From a virus (lineage: Duplodnaviria; Heunggongvirae; Uroviricota; Caudoviricetes): a stretch of DNA of 26,944 bases. How positions within the stretch are numbered: position 1 is the stretch's first letter; every line of letters begins with the position of its first letter. The position numbers and the translations under genes are program-made. Below are positions 8,548 to 17,178 of the stretch, piece by piece. Below the pieces are notes generated by a model, which did not search any database, was not told the origin of the DNA, and saw only the letters and a list, made by a program, of their open reading frames with translations. Location: positions 64,001 to 90,944 of IMG/VR virus record IMGVR_UViG_3300026549_000060; one strand, written 5' to 3'.

Positions 8548-8850
8548 ATGAAAATCTTTATTTCTCAGCCTATTACAGGTAAATCAAATTCAGAAATCTT
8601 TGCAACTAGGAAAAATATTGTATCCAAACTTCATACTAAATATCCAGATGCTACTATCATTAACTCTATTATCTTAGGTGGTAATGATACTAATGATATT
8701 AAATATCTTGGACTTACTCTCAATCTTATGGCTGATGCAGATCTAGTAGTTATGGCTAAAGATAGAGCAAATTCTAAGGGATGCCAAGTTGAGCAGTATG
8801 TTGCGACAATCTATAATAAAGAAATCATTGAAGAAAGTGAGTTGGATTAA
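8548..8850 (+). CDS. DUF4406 / nucleoside 2-deoxyribosyltransferase-like protein
   Basis: KIFISQPITG...ADADLVVM....SKGCQVE pattern. Confidence 0.6.
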   Translation: MKIFISQPITGKSNSEIFATRKNIVSKLHTKYPDATIINSIILGGNDTNDIKYLGLTLNLMADADLVVMAKDRANSKGCQVEQYVATIYNKEIIEESELD

Positions 8851-8852
8851 TT

Positions 8853-9440
8853 TTGTTTAATGATTTTAATGTGGTCATAAGCATTACTTTATCTGGTAAA
8901 TCTTATGAAGAATCTATGCATCTTAGTGATGATGTAATTATGGGTATTTGTAGGAATTGTAATCCTAAATATAGCCCTAAAACTTATTTTCATCCTAAAA
9001 CTTTTGAATCAAATATTAAAGTTCCAGATATGGATAAAGAACTAAAAGAGATGGTTAATAGAAGGAAATGCATTATAATCACTCCTAAAATTAATGACTA
9101 TGATGTGGTTATTAACCTTCTTTCAGCAGTAAAAAGATGGAGAGAAAACTGTGATGAAAATGTTTTTGGTAAAACTATTGAAATCACGGCAGAGTCTAAA
9201 AGCTTTGATGGAACTCTTCATTACAATATCTCTAATAAAATGTTCATTCCATCAAGAACTAAACTGGAAATTGAAGGGGTTACCCAGTCTTTTATTGATA
9301 AAATTAACGCATTCAATAAAGATATTGATGATATCCCAGTTGTTGTTCTTACTGAAGAGGAGTTGGCTGAAATCAATAAGCCAAAAATTAAACAGGAAAC
9401 CTTTGTTGATAAACTTCTTAAAGATTTTCCTATAAAATAA
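8853..9440 (+). CDS. Hypothetical protein
   Basis: 195-aa ORF with TTG start, tightly packed between neighbours; no motif recognised. Confidence 0.7.
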   Translation: MFNDFNVVISITLSGKSYEESMHLSDDVIMGICRNCNPKYSPKTYFHPKTFESNIKVPDMDKELKEMVNRRKCIIITPKINDYDVVINLLSAVKRWRENCDENVFGKTIEITAESKSFDGTLHYNISNKMFIPSRTKLEIEGVTQSFIDKINAFNKDIDDIPVVVLTEEELAEINKPKIKQETFVDKLLKDFPIK

Positions 9441-9461
9441 TTAAATAAATCTTTTAAAGAG

Positions 9462-9506
9462 ACTCCTCTTCTGGTATAATATCTCCAGAGTGAGGAGTTT
9501 TTCTTT
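9462..9506 (+). terminator. Rho-independent terminator whose loop is a -10 box
   Basis: ACTCCTC-TTCTGG (9462-9474) pairs with CCAGAG-t-GAGGAGT (9485-9498) followed by a T-rich tail; the loop starts with TATAAT (9475-9480), with TG at 9472-9473. Confidence 0.75.
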
Positions 9507-9537
9507 ACTCAAATATAAATGGAGGTAATGATATAAT

Positions 9538-9747
9538 ATGCTGTTATATACGACTGGATGTTCAAAATGTAAAATCCTTGAGTCAAAACTTAATGAAAAA
9601 GAAATTAAGTATGAAGTGTGTGAAGATAAAGAGCTGATGAAATCTAAAGGATTCAGATCAGTACCTGTTCTTGAATTGGATGATGGAACTATACTGACCT
9701 ATGGTAAAGCAGTCAAGTATGTGAATAATTGGGAGGATAATCAGTAG
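9538..9747 (+). CDS. nrdH: Glutaredoxin-like NrdH redoxin
   Basis: CSKC redox motif, GFRSVPVL cis-Pro region, 69 aa, directly upstream of nrdD. Confidence 0.8.
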   Translation: MLLYTTGCSKCKILESKLNEKEIKYEVCEDKELMKSKGFRSVPVLELDDGTILTYGKAVKYVNNWEDNQ

Positions 9748-9748
9748 T

Positions 9749-10279
9749 ATGGCTGGATACTTAGATATTAGTATTAAGTTAGATGAAGACTTTGTTGAAT
9801 GTCTTAAAGGATTAAAGAAAGAATACGGTAATAAATTAACTATACTCAATGGTTTGAGTAATAGCCAATTAAATAATACAGAATTTATAGATAACTTTGT
9901 TGATAAGAATACCTCCACAGCAGATGCATCTATAGATGGTAATGCTAATGCAAGTACTAAAGATATCTGCTCATTAATGGTAGAAATGAGAAAACCAGAA
10001 CTTAAGCTTGAATCATTTAATAAAATATTCTATGAGTTAAAGAAGAAGTATGGTGTTGAAGTAGCTAGAGACTGGTTAAAGAATGAGTGGGATGGGCACT
10101 TTTATAATCATGATGCCTACAGTACTAGCTTTTTGCCTTACTGCTTTGCTTATGATTTAAAAGATCTGGCTGAGAAGGGGTTGTATTTTATTAAGGACAA
10201 CTTTAACCATCAACCACCACAGCATTTAACTACCTTTACAGACTTTGTTGGAGAATTCGTGTCCTATATGAGCAATCGT
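9749..10279 (+). CDS. nrdD: Anaerobic (class III) ribonucleotide reductase, exon 1
   Basis: YNHDAYSTSFLPYCFAY and HLTTFTDFVGEFVSYMSNR; the reading frame stops (TAA 10283-10285) just inside the intron. Confidence 0.9.
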
Positions 10280-10503
10280 GGATAAAACTGCGACTTTATA
10301 GAGTAATCTATATTGTAATTCAATTGTGAACTGCTGGAAAGGTTAATTAACCTAATCAGCATCTACGTTTAATAATAATTAAACAAGATCAACGACTATT
10401 CCTTTAAAAGGAAGTAAAACTAACTTTCATAAAGTTAAAGTTTGAAGTGCAAGGGCCTAAATATTAGGTTGAAGATATAGTCTTTTAGTTTTTTAAGCTA
10501 AAA
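10280..10503 (+). mobile_element. Group I self-splicing intron, IA2-like, no homing endonuclease
   Basis: P1 TCGT|GG-ATAAAA-CTGCGA with the U.G pair; P2 TATAGA-GTAA-TCTATA; P element GAACTGCTGGAAA; Q AATCAGCA; R TCAACGACTA; P7.1 TTCC/GGAA; P7.2; P8 GGCCTAA/TTAGGTT; S GAAGATATAGTC; P9 TTTAGT/GCTAAA. The 3' boundary is uncertain by a few nt. Confidence 0.9.
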
Positions 10504-11913
10504 AGTTCAGGAGCTTGTGGACTCCCCAATTTCTTAATTTACTCATTTTATTTTTGGAAGAAAGATTGTGAGAATGGGTATTACCCCAAAAGTCAAGAAT
10601 ATTATAGAGACAATGAGTTCCAACGCATAATTTTTAAACTGAACCAACCGTACCTGAGAGTGAACCAAAGTTCATTTACAAATTTTACTATTTTTGATAG
10701 AGAATATTTTGAAGCACTTTTTGGAGATAAAACCTTCCCTGATGGAAGTTATATGATTGATTTTGAGGAAGAGTTTATTAATTATGAAAAGGCGTTTATG
10801 AAAGTTGTGTCAAAGATTAGAGAAACTAATATGATGACATTCCCAGTATTAACCTTTTCATTGCTTAGAGTTGATGGTAAGTTTATAGATGAAGAATTTG
10901 CAAGGTTTGCTGTGCAGCATAATATGCGTTGGAATGACAGCAATTTCTATATTTCTGAGGATGTGACAAGTCTCAGTAACTGCTGTAGACTGGTCTCTGA
11001 CATTAATACTCCCTTCTTTAACAGCATTGGGGGCACAGCATTAGAAGTAGGATCTATTAAGGTTAATACAATTAATCTTGCTAGAATTGCATATGAAACC
11101 AATACTAAAGAAGAGTATATGAAATTATTAGAAGAAAAAACTATTTTGTGCTTACAGACATTGGATGTAATTAGACACATTATAAAGAGAAATATTGAAA
11201 AAGGATTACTTCCAAATTATTCTTGTGGAGCACTTCATTTGGAATCTCAGTATAATACTATTGGTATTATTGGCATATATGAGGCAATTCAGAAGTTTGG
11301 TTTTACCTATAAAGATGAATTTGGTAATACCTTCTATACTGATGAAGGACTTCAGTTTGCCAAAGATTTTATGCAGAAGATGATTGATGTTAAGACTGAA
11401 TTTGCTAAAGATAAGGATTATATGATTAATATTGAACAGATTCCTGGAGAAAGAGCTGCGGCTGTTCTTATGCAGAAAGATCAGATATTCTTCCCAGATG
11501 AAGCTTATGAGTTACCACTGTATGGAAATCAATTTATACCATTAGGTGTTAAGACTACTTTACAAGAAAAAGTCAGAGTGTCTGCGGTATTAGATGCTGC
11601 CTGTTCAGGCGGTTCAATACTGCACGCAAACGTTGATGCACCTATACATGATTTTGATACTGCATGGAGATTGATTAACTATATTGCTGATAGTGGCGTA
11701 AAGTACTTTGCTTTATGTGTAAGGATTAGCACCTGTAAAAATAACCATGCATATTATGGGTCCAGGTGTCCAATCTGTGGAGATCCTACAGAAACCACAT
11801 GGCAGAGAATAGTTGGCTTTTTAACACCAGAGAAATCATACTCTAAAGAAAGAAAGGCTGAATTTGCTTTGAGAGATTGGTTTAAAATTAATGATATGGG
11901 AGAAACCTTTTGA
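10504..11913 (+). CDS. nrdD: Anaerobic (class III) ribonucleotide reductase, exon 2
   Basis: Frame is open from agt tca gga gct tgt (SSGACGLPNFLIYSFYFWKKD), 156 nt upstream of the ORF-track start; NCCRL, C-terminal Cys cluster and glycyl-radical motif RIVGFL. Spliced product would be 646 aa. Confidence 0.92.
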   Translation, partial: SSGACGLPNFLIYSFYFWKKDCENGYYPKSQEYYRDNEFQRIIFKLNQPYLRVNQSSFTNFTIFDREYFEALFGDKTFPDGSYMIDFEEEFINYEKAFMKVVSKIRETNMMTFPVLTFSLLRVDGKFIDEEFARFAVQHNMRWNDSNFYISEDVTSLSNCCRLVSDINTPFFNSIGGTALEVGSIKVNTINLARIAYETNTKEEYMKLLEEKTILCLQTLDVIRHIIKRNIEKGLLPNYSCGALHLESQYNTIGIIGIYEAIQKFGFTYKDEFGNTFYTDEGLQFAKDFMQKMIDVKTEFAKDKDYMINIEQIPGERAAAVLMQKDQIFFPDEAYELPLYGNQFIPLGVKTTLQEKVRVSAVLDAACSGGSILHANVDAPIHDFDTAWRLINYIADSGVKYFALCVRISTCKNNHAYYGSRCPICGDPTETTWQRIVGFLTPEKSYSKERKAEFALRDWFKINDMGETF

Positions 11914-12398
11914 GATTAACTAATCTTAAAGATGAAGACTTTGTGAACTATAAGAAGCCATCACTTTTTATAGGCACATGTTATTGTGATTTTAAGTGCT
12001 GTGATGAGGGTGGTTTTGACAGGTCAATCTGTCAGAACCATTCTCTCTACAATTCAAAACAGCATGAGCTTACTTCAGAACAACTTTATAACAGATACAT
12101 CAATAATCCAATTACTTCAGCTATAGTTATAGGTGGATTAGAACCTATATTACAAGTGGAAGAAGTTATTGAGCTTATATCATATTTTAGATCTAAAGAT
12201 TGTAAAGATGATTTTGTTATATATACAGGTTATACTGAAGAAGAACTCATTAATAATCATATTCTTGACAAATTTAAGAAATATGATAATATTATATTCA
12301 AATTTGGTAGATTCAAACCAAACCAAGAAAAACATTGGGATGAAGTATTGGGAGTATATTTGATTTCAGATAATCAATACGGAAAGAAGGTATCTTAA
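11910..12398 (+). CDS. nrdG: Class III RNR activating enzyme (radical SAM-type)
   Basis: Cys cluster CYCDFKCC, IGGLEP, IYTGY, KFGRF; start overlaps the nrdD stop (TTGA). Confidence 0.88.
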   Translation: MRLTNLKDEDFVNYKKPSLFIGTCYCDFKCCDEGGFDRSICQNHSLYNSKQHELTSEQLYNRYINNPITSAIVIGGLEPILQVEEVIELISYFRSKDCKDDFVIYTGYTEEELINNHILDKFKKYDNIIFKFGRFKPNQEKHWDEVLGVYLISDNQYGKKVS

Positions 12399-12402
12399 AA
12401 CT

Positions 12403-12660
12403 ATGTCTATACCTGTAATTACTGGTGCAACTTTAGCTTGTTCAGTTGGAGCCATTCATAATGAGACTATGAATAGATCCAATGAAAAATATGATACCGA
12501 TGACTTGATGGATATGCTTAATTTAATAGAAGCTCATTACTTTATGATGTTGAATCGTATAGATTGGGAAAAGAGTTATAATCCTAATTTAAGATCTAAA
12601 TTGATTAAAGATTTTGATAGCTTTAAAGAAGAGCTTTTTAAATTATTATTGAATAAATAG
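12403..12660 (+). CDS. Hypothetical protein
   Basis: 85-aa ORF with AAGG upstream; no motif. Confidence 0.6.
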   Translation: MSIPVITGATLACSVGAIHNETMNRSNEKYDTDDLMDMLNLIEAHYFMMLNRIDWEKSYNPNLRSKLIKDFDSFKEELFKLLLNK

Positions 12661-12725
12661 AATATACCGGAGTGATTATATGCATGATTAATTATAGTAG
12701 AAATCTTATTTTGGGTGGTAATACA

Positions 12726-14129
12726 ATGAGTCGTTTAATGCCAAAATTTTATATAGATGATAATGGAGTAGCCCGATTAAGAACTGATGGAGATTTAGTT
12801 TTTAATGGAGTAGTAGATGTAGAAACTAATGCTATGAAGAATGAATATCAGAATACTGGTATAGAATCAATATCATTTCCAGATTTAGAAACAATAACTG
12901 GTTCATATGCTATGTCATATCTTATAGCTGGTGATACTAATTTAACAACTATATCATTTCCTTCATTGGAGGCTATAACCGGCTCCTATGCTATGGAATA
13001 CTTATGTTATAGTGATACATATTTAACCAGTATAGACTTTTCTTCATTAACTAGTATAGGATCATATAGTATGCAATATGCATTTTATGGATGTACTAGA
13101 TTAACTGGAATTGATTTTAGTTCTATAACATCATTAGGTACATATGGATTACAGTATGCATTTTATGGATGTAGTGGTATTACTGAAGCAGATTTTTCTA
13201 GTTTAACTTCTATACCAACTTATGGTATGAGAAATGCATTATATAATTGTACTAGTTTAGTTGATGCAGATTTTAGTAGTGTTACTTCTATAGCTAGTTA
13301 TGGTATGTATGAAGCATTTAAAAATTGTAGCGATCTTGAATCAATAGACTTTAGCTCGTTAACTAGTATAGGTTCATATGGAGTTCAAAATGGATTTTAT
13401 GGGTGTAGTTCATTAGAAACTATAGAATTTCCTGAATTAACAACTTTATATGAAGCAGCTTTAAAAGAAAGTTTTAAAGGCTGTAGTAGTCTAGAATCGG
13501 CGTCATTTCCAAAACTTACTGATGTTAGATCTATAACTAATCCAGGTAATAATGGGGGATTATGGGGTACTTTTGGTGAAATAGCTTCACTGAAAAGTAT
13601 ATCTCTTCCATCTTTAGTTACTATATCTTATAGAGATGCTTTAGATAGTATGTGTTATAATTGTACTGGATTAGAAACTATTGATATGCGATCATTAAAA
13701 ACTATAAATAGTATAGATGGTATGTATCTATCATTTTACGGATGTACCTCATTAGAATCAGTTGAATTTCCAGAATTAGAAACTCTTTCTGGAGGATATG
13801 CGTTTGCTAATATATTTGAAGGGTGTACAAATCTTATATCAGTAAGTTTACCTAAATTAAAAACAGCTACTGGAGAATGGGCGTTGGCAGCTGCATTTAA
13901 GGATTGTACTAAATTAACTACTATATCGTTCCCATCATTGCAATCAGTTAGAAATAATGCGTTTGGAAATAATAGTGCAAATTATGCCTATCAAAAAGGA
14001 ATGTTTTTAAATTGTTCAGCACTTACTGAAATACATTTTCCAGCTGCAAGTCGATCCGCCATAGAAGCTATGACTAATTATAGTGCTAAATGGGGAGCTA
14101 GTAATGCTACAATTTATTTTGATTTATAA
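12726..14129 (+). CDS. Leucine-rich-repeat (BspA/LRR_5-like) solenoid protein
   Basis: Many 25-28 aa repeats of the form (D/S)F(S/P)SLT.I..Y.M..AFY.C..L..I; start reassigned to ATG 12726 behind GGTGG. Confidence 0.85.
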   Translation: MSRLMPKFYIDDNGVARLRTDGDLVFNGVVDVETNAMKNEYQNTGIESISFPDLETITGSYAMSYLIAGDTNLTTISFPSLEAITGSYAMEYLCYSDTYLTSIDFSSLTSIGSYSMQYAFYGCTRLTGIDFSSITSLGTYGLQYAFYGCSGITEADFSSLTSIPTYGMRNALYNCTSLVDADFSSVTSIASYGMYEAFKNCSDLESIDFSSLTSIGSYGVQNGFYGCSSLETIEFPELTTLYEAALKESFKGCSSLESASFPKLTDVRSITNPGNNGGLWGTFGEIASLKSISLPSLVTISYRDALDSMCYNCTGLETIDMRSLKTINSIDGMYLSFYGCTSLESVEFPELETLSGGYAFANIFEGCTNLISVSLPKLKTATGEWALAAAFKDCTKLTTISFPSLQSVRNNAFGNNSANYAYQKGMFLNCSALTEIHFPAASRSAIEAMTNYSAKWGASNATIYFDL

Positions 14130-14153
14130 AATAAAGAAAAACTTTAATTATAA

Positions 14154-14225
14154 ATGTCAGCTGAAAGAGATTGGTATGAAAAGTTAAGAGAAGCTGCATT
14201 ATATTGATATCCTGATGTAGATTAA
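14154..14225 (+). pseudogene. Degenerate remnant resembling the C-terminus of the 14389-14586 ORF
   Basis: Translates MSAERDWYEKLREAALY*YPDVD*, versus WYKK--EAVIHHYPDIED in the downstream ORF. Confidence 0.35.
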
Positions 14226-14254
14226 TTTATAAATAGAAAGGTGTGTTTAATAAA

Positions 14255-14392
14255 ATGTCTAAAGAAGAATATGAAGAACTTGTTAAGAATGCACATCCAA
14301 ATAGTATTGTTGGTGGATTAAGATCTGTTAATGATACTCTTGATAGAATTATTTTAAAGTTAGATAAGTATTTGGAAGAGATTAGGAAGTGA
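14255..14392 (+). CDS. Small hypothetical protein (45 aa, not in the ORF track)
   Basis: AGAAAGGTG RBS, then MSKEEYEELVKNAHPNSIVGGLRSVNDTLDRIILKLDKYLEEIRK*; stop overlaps the next start (GTGA). Confidence 0.65.
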   Translation: MSKEEYEELVKNAHPNSIVGGLRSVNDTLDRIILKLDKYLEEIRK

Positions 14393-14586
14393 GCGCTATT
14401 ATGTATCCTACTTTTGAAGAATGTGCCCAATATCATAAAGATCTGAAAGAAGAAAGTTATAAAAAGAATCTTGATCTATATAAAGATTATTTCAATACTT
14501 CTTATTGGGATAGTGTACCTGAATGGTATAAAAAGGAAGCTGTTATTCATCATTATCCTGATATAGAAGATGCGATTGGAGGGTAA
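14389..14586 (+). CDS. Small hypothetical protein
   Basis: 65-aa ORF coupled to the previous stop; its end contains the RBS of the next gene. Confidence 0.6.
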   Translation: MSAIMYPTFEECAQYHKDLKEESYKKNLDLYKDYFNTSYWDSVPEWYKKEAVIHHYPDIEDAIGG

Positions 14587-14595
14587 TACATAAGT

Positions 14596-15597
14596 ATGTC
14601 AACAACAAAAGTACCAAACTTTATGGTCTCACCCCCCCCTCCTAGTGAAAGTGAGACTACAGCTAGTTTAAATAGTTTAGAAAATAGACTGGATACTTTA
14701 GAAAATTTATCAATTAGCTCTAGATTAAGTTCTATAGAGGCTAATTATGTCACTACAGATACAAATCAAACATTAACTGGAACTAAAACATTAAAATCTA
14801 ATTTAGACCTAAACCCACCCACAGTAAATAGTAATACTGGCGGCCAGATCAATTTTCATTATAATCAAGCTAGTTCAGCTACTAGTTCTATATATGAAAA
14901 TCAATCTGGAAGAATTAGACTAGATGGGAATTTAGAAGTAGTACATACAGTAACTGGTTATGAATCAATTAGTACGGCTAACGGGAATAGTTTTAGAGTA
15001 ACTAGGCCATTGAATACAGGAATAAGGCCAATTACTAATTATAATGGTGCTGAAAGATGGGACATGCCATTAGTATATGTAAATGCAACGGATGGAAAAG
15101 TATTATCATCAATATATACACCATTTAGATTTGCTTCAAGTAGTGATTATAGAAATGCCATTCAATTATTAGCATATAATCCTTTAGTTGAAAATGAGTT
15201 TGATATGTTAGGAATAGGTTATAATCAGAATGGGGCTTATACTCATGCACCAACCCCAGCAACTACAGATAATAGTGGGCAAATAGCTACTACTGCTTGG
15301 GTAATGAACAGATTAGGCACCTATTATAAGGATTTAGGTGATAACTATGTTATGAATATAGCGGATTTTGATAAAATGGGGGTTATGTATCATATAGGTA
15401 GTTTATCAACAGAGACTACTATAAATTATCCTTCTGGTAATAATAATGGAGATTGGGCAATGTATTGTTTTAGAGCTGATAGGTTTACAACTTTACTAGG
15501 AGTTACTCCAAGAAGCACTAAGTTGTTCTATGCTACATTTTGGAGTGGCAACTTTAATGGGTGGAGAGTTTTTGAACCTGTTTCAGTTTCTAGCTAG
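14596..15597 (+). CDS. Tail fibre protein 1 (short)
   Basis: Fibre motifs YVTTDTNQTLTGTKT and APTPATTDNSGQIATTAWV; followed by a chaperone-like gene. Confidence 0.72.
   Translation: MSTTKVPNFMVSPPPPSESETTASLNSLENRLDTLENLSISSRLSSIEANYVTTDTNQTLTGTKTLKSNLDLNPPTVNSNTGGQINFHYNQASSATSSIYENQSGRIRLDGNLEVVHTVTGYESISTANGNSFRVTRPLNTGIRPITNYNGAERWDMPLVYVNATDGKVLSSIYTPFRFASSSDYRNAIQLLAYNPLVENEFDMLGIGYNQNGAYTHAPTPATTDNSGQIATTAWVMNRLGTYYKDLGDNYVMNIADFDKMGVMYHIGSLSTETTINYPSGNNNGDWAMYCFRADRFTTLLGVTPRSTKLFYATFWSGNFNGWRVFEPVSVSS
14632..14639 (+). repeat. C8 homopolymer near the 5' end of tail fibre gene 1
   Basis: tca CCC CCC CCt cct (SPPPP), eight consecutive C in an AT-rich genome. Confidence 0.95.
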
Positions 15598-15614
15598 GTA
15601 GGAGGTAATGTATA

Positions 15615-16133
15615 ATGAATATAATTGAATTAACTGATAGATGGGTAAATATTGATGGTAAGCATTATATTAACAATGATGAAGGTAGAGCTAAAATATT
15701 AGATGAGTATGGTGAAGAAGACTATAATATGCTTATTTCAGAATGGGGTAATACAACACAATGCCCTTTAGAGTTTATACAGAATGAAATCAGAGAGATT
15801 AAAGAAAAAGAACTTGATACAGCATTTAATAGAGCTGTAGAAGGTTCATTTATTACTACTGAAGGATATAAGATGCAGTTTAACACAGATGATTCTTTAA
15901 AGATGTTTGGAGCAATACAATTATTAGAATCTTCAGGTGTAGAAACTGGATATATCACAGATGCTGATGATAACACTCATTATGAGGTTCCTGTGAGTGT
16001 GATGAAATCTGTTCAAAATCAGATGCTTAAAAAGTATGCTCAGTGTCATTTAATGAAACAGAAGTATAGATCTATGATTAATGAATCTGAAAGTATTGAA
16101 GATTTAACTAAAATTAATATAACCTTTGAATGA
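15615..16133 (+). CDS. DUF4376-like tail fibre assembly/chaperone protein
   Basis: KEKELD.AF...V.G......MQFNTDD..., YITDADDNTH, ending EDLTKINITF. Confidence 0.6.
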   Translation: MNIIELTDRWVNIDGKHYINNDEGRAKILDEYGEEDYNMLISEWGNTTQCPLEFIQNEIREIKEKELDTAFNRAVEGSFITTEGYKMQFNTDDSLKMFGAIQLLESSGVETGYITDADDNTHYEVPVSVMKSVQNQMLKKYAQCHLMKQKYRSMINESESIEDLTKINITFE

Positions 16134-16145
16134 GGGGTTTTAAAG

Positions 16146-16442
16146 ATAGTTCATTTTGTAAGAGCATTTGATTTAGAAAATGAAATAAAAAGAATGGAAA
16201 GTACTCCTATTGGTTATAACCGACCTATAGGAGTTACTTCCGATGAAAAAACAGTTACAATAGATTTATCATTATCTCAATATAGAACTTTGATTATAGA
16301 TGTGTATGGTGTTGAAATATTGAATAAGTTATTATCAGGGGAGTATAAAAGTTATAGTGGTGAACATAAAGAAGGTGGAAGATTTAAGTTTGATAGAGTT
16401 AAAGATAATATCTGGAAGATAACTGAATATATTTTAGACTAA
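16146..16442 (+). CDS. Hypothetical protein (candidate ATA start; ATG alternative at 16194)
   Basis: Frame is open back to the TGA at 16131-16133; GAGGGG lies 8 nt before ATA at 16146, while the ATG at 16194 has no SD. Confidence 0.55.
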   Translation: MVHFVRAFDLENEIKRMESTPIGYNRPIGVTSDEKTVTIDLSLSQYRTLIIDVYGVEILNKLLSGEYKSYSGEHKEGGRFKFDRVKDNIWKITEYILD

Positions 16443-16470
16443 ATTTTTATTTGGAGGTGGTTAGAGGAGG

Positions 16471-17115
16471 ATGTTTAATAAAAAATTATTGATGAAGAAC
16501 TTTGATGAGAAAGAAAAACCTCTAGTAGATCTTTCTGATTGGGCTTATAAAACTTATACTAAAACATATAGTACCATGACTGAATTAGACCAAACAGGAA
16601 TTGATTATTTAAATTCAGTTAGAGGAACCAATATGAATATGATGTTTTATGCATGTAAAAGGTTAAGAACATTAGATGTTTCTAATTGGGATACTAGTAA
16701 TGTTACTGCTATGAATTGTATGTTTCGTAATTGTAGTTCATTAACTTCATTAAATGTTTCTAATTGGGATACTAGTAATGTTACTGATATGACGGGTATG
16801 TTCAGTGATTGTAGTTCATTAACTTCATTAGATTTATCTAATTGGGATACTAGTAAGTGTAGTAATGTGTATGGTATGTTTGGTAATTGTAGATCATTAG
16901 AATATTTAATTATTGGATCTCCTACTTTTAAATTTCGGATGATTGATTCTAGTTGTGGAAACCTTAACACTACTTGTAAGATTTTAGTTCCATCAGCATT
17001 ACTTAATACATATAAAACCGCTACTAATTGGTCTTCAAGAGCATCACAGTTTGATGCAATAGAAAATTATACAATAACTAGATCTAATGGTCAGGTTACC
17101 GTGACGCCCAAATAG
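16471..17115 (+). CDS. DUF285/BspA-like repeat adhesin, short form (about 3.5 repeats)
   Basis: 26-aa repeats M..MF..C..L..L.VSNWDTSNVT; C-terminal cap shared with 21298-23130. Confidence 0.85.
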   Translation: MFNKKLLMKNFDEKEKPLVDLSDWAYKTYTKTYSTMTELDQTGIDYLNSVRGTNMNMMFYACKRLRTLDVSNWDTSNVTAMNCMFRNCSSLTSLNVSNWDTSNVTDMTGMFSDCSSLTSLDLSNWDTSKCSNVYGMFGNCRSLEYLIIGSPTFKFRMIDSSCGNLNTTCKILVPSALLNTYKTATNWSSRASQFDAIENYTITRSNGQVTVTPK

Positions 17116-17178
17116 GCTATGTAAATATTTATGCTATCTGGTTAGACTAAAAATATTTAAAGAAGGTGATACTTAAAC

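Noticed and set aside
10280-10659. nrdD break as a frameshift, intein or split gene with a second start at GTG 10660
   Set aside because: The gap contains all group I core elements, and conserved NrdD sequence resumes in frame at 10504, well before 10660.
14228-14235. T4 late promoter TATAAATA
   Set aside because: Only one exact copy noticed and none before the main structural genes; expected by chance at this AT content.
16434-17151. 10-bp direct repeat TTAGACTAAA flanking the short DUF285 gene as an insertion scar
   Set aside because: Short and AT-rich, one copy overlaps a stop codon, and no mobile element is present; cannot be told from chance without comparative genomes.
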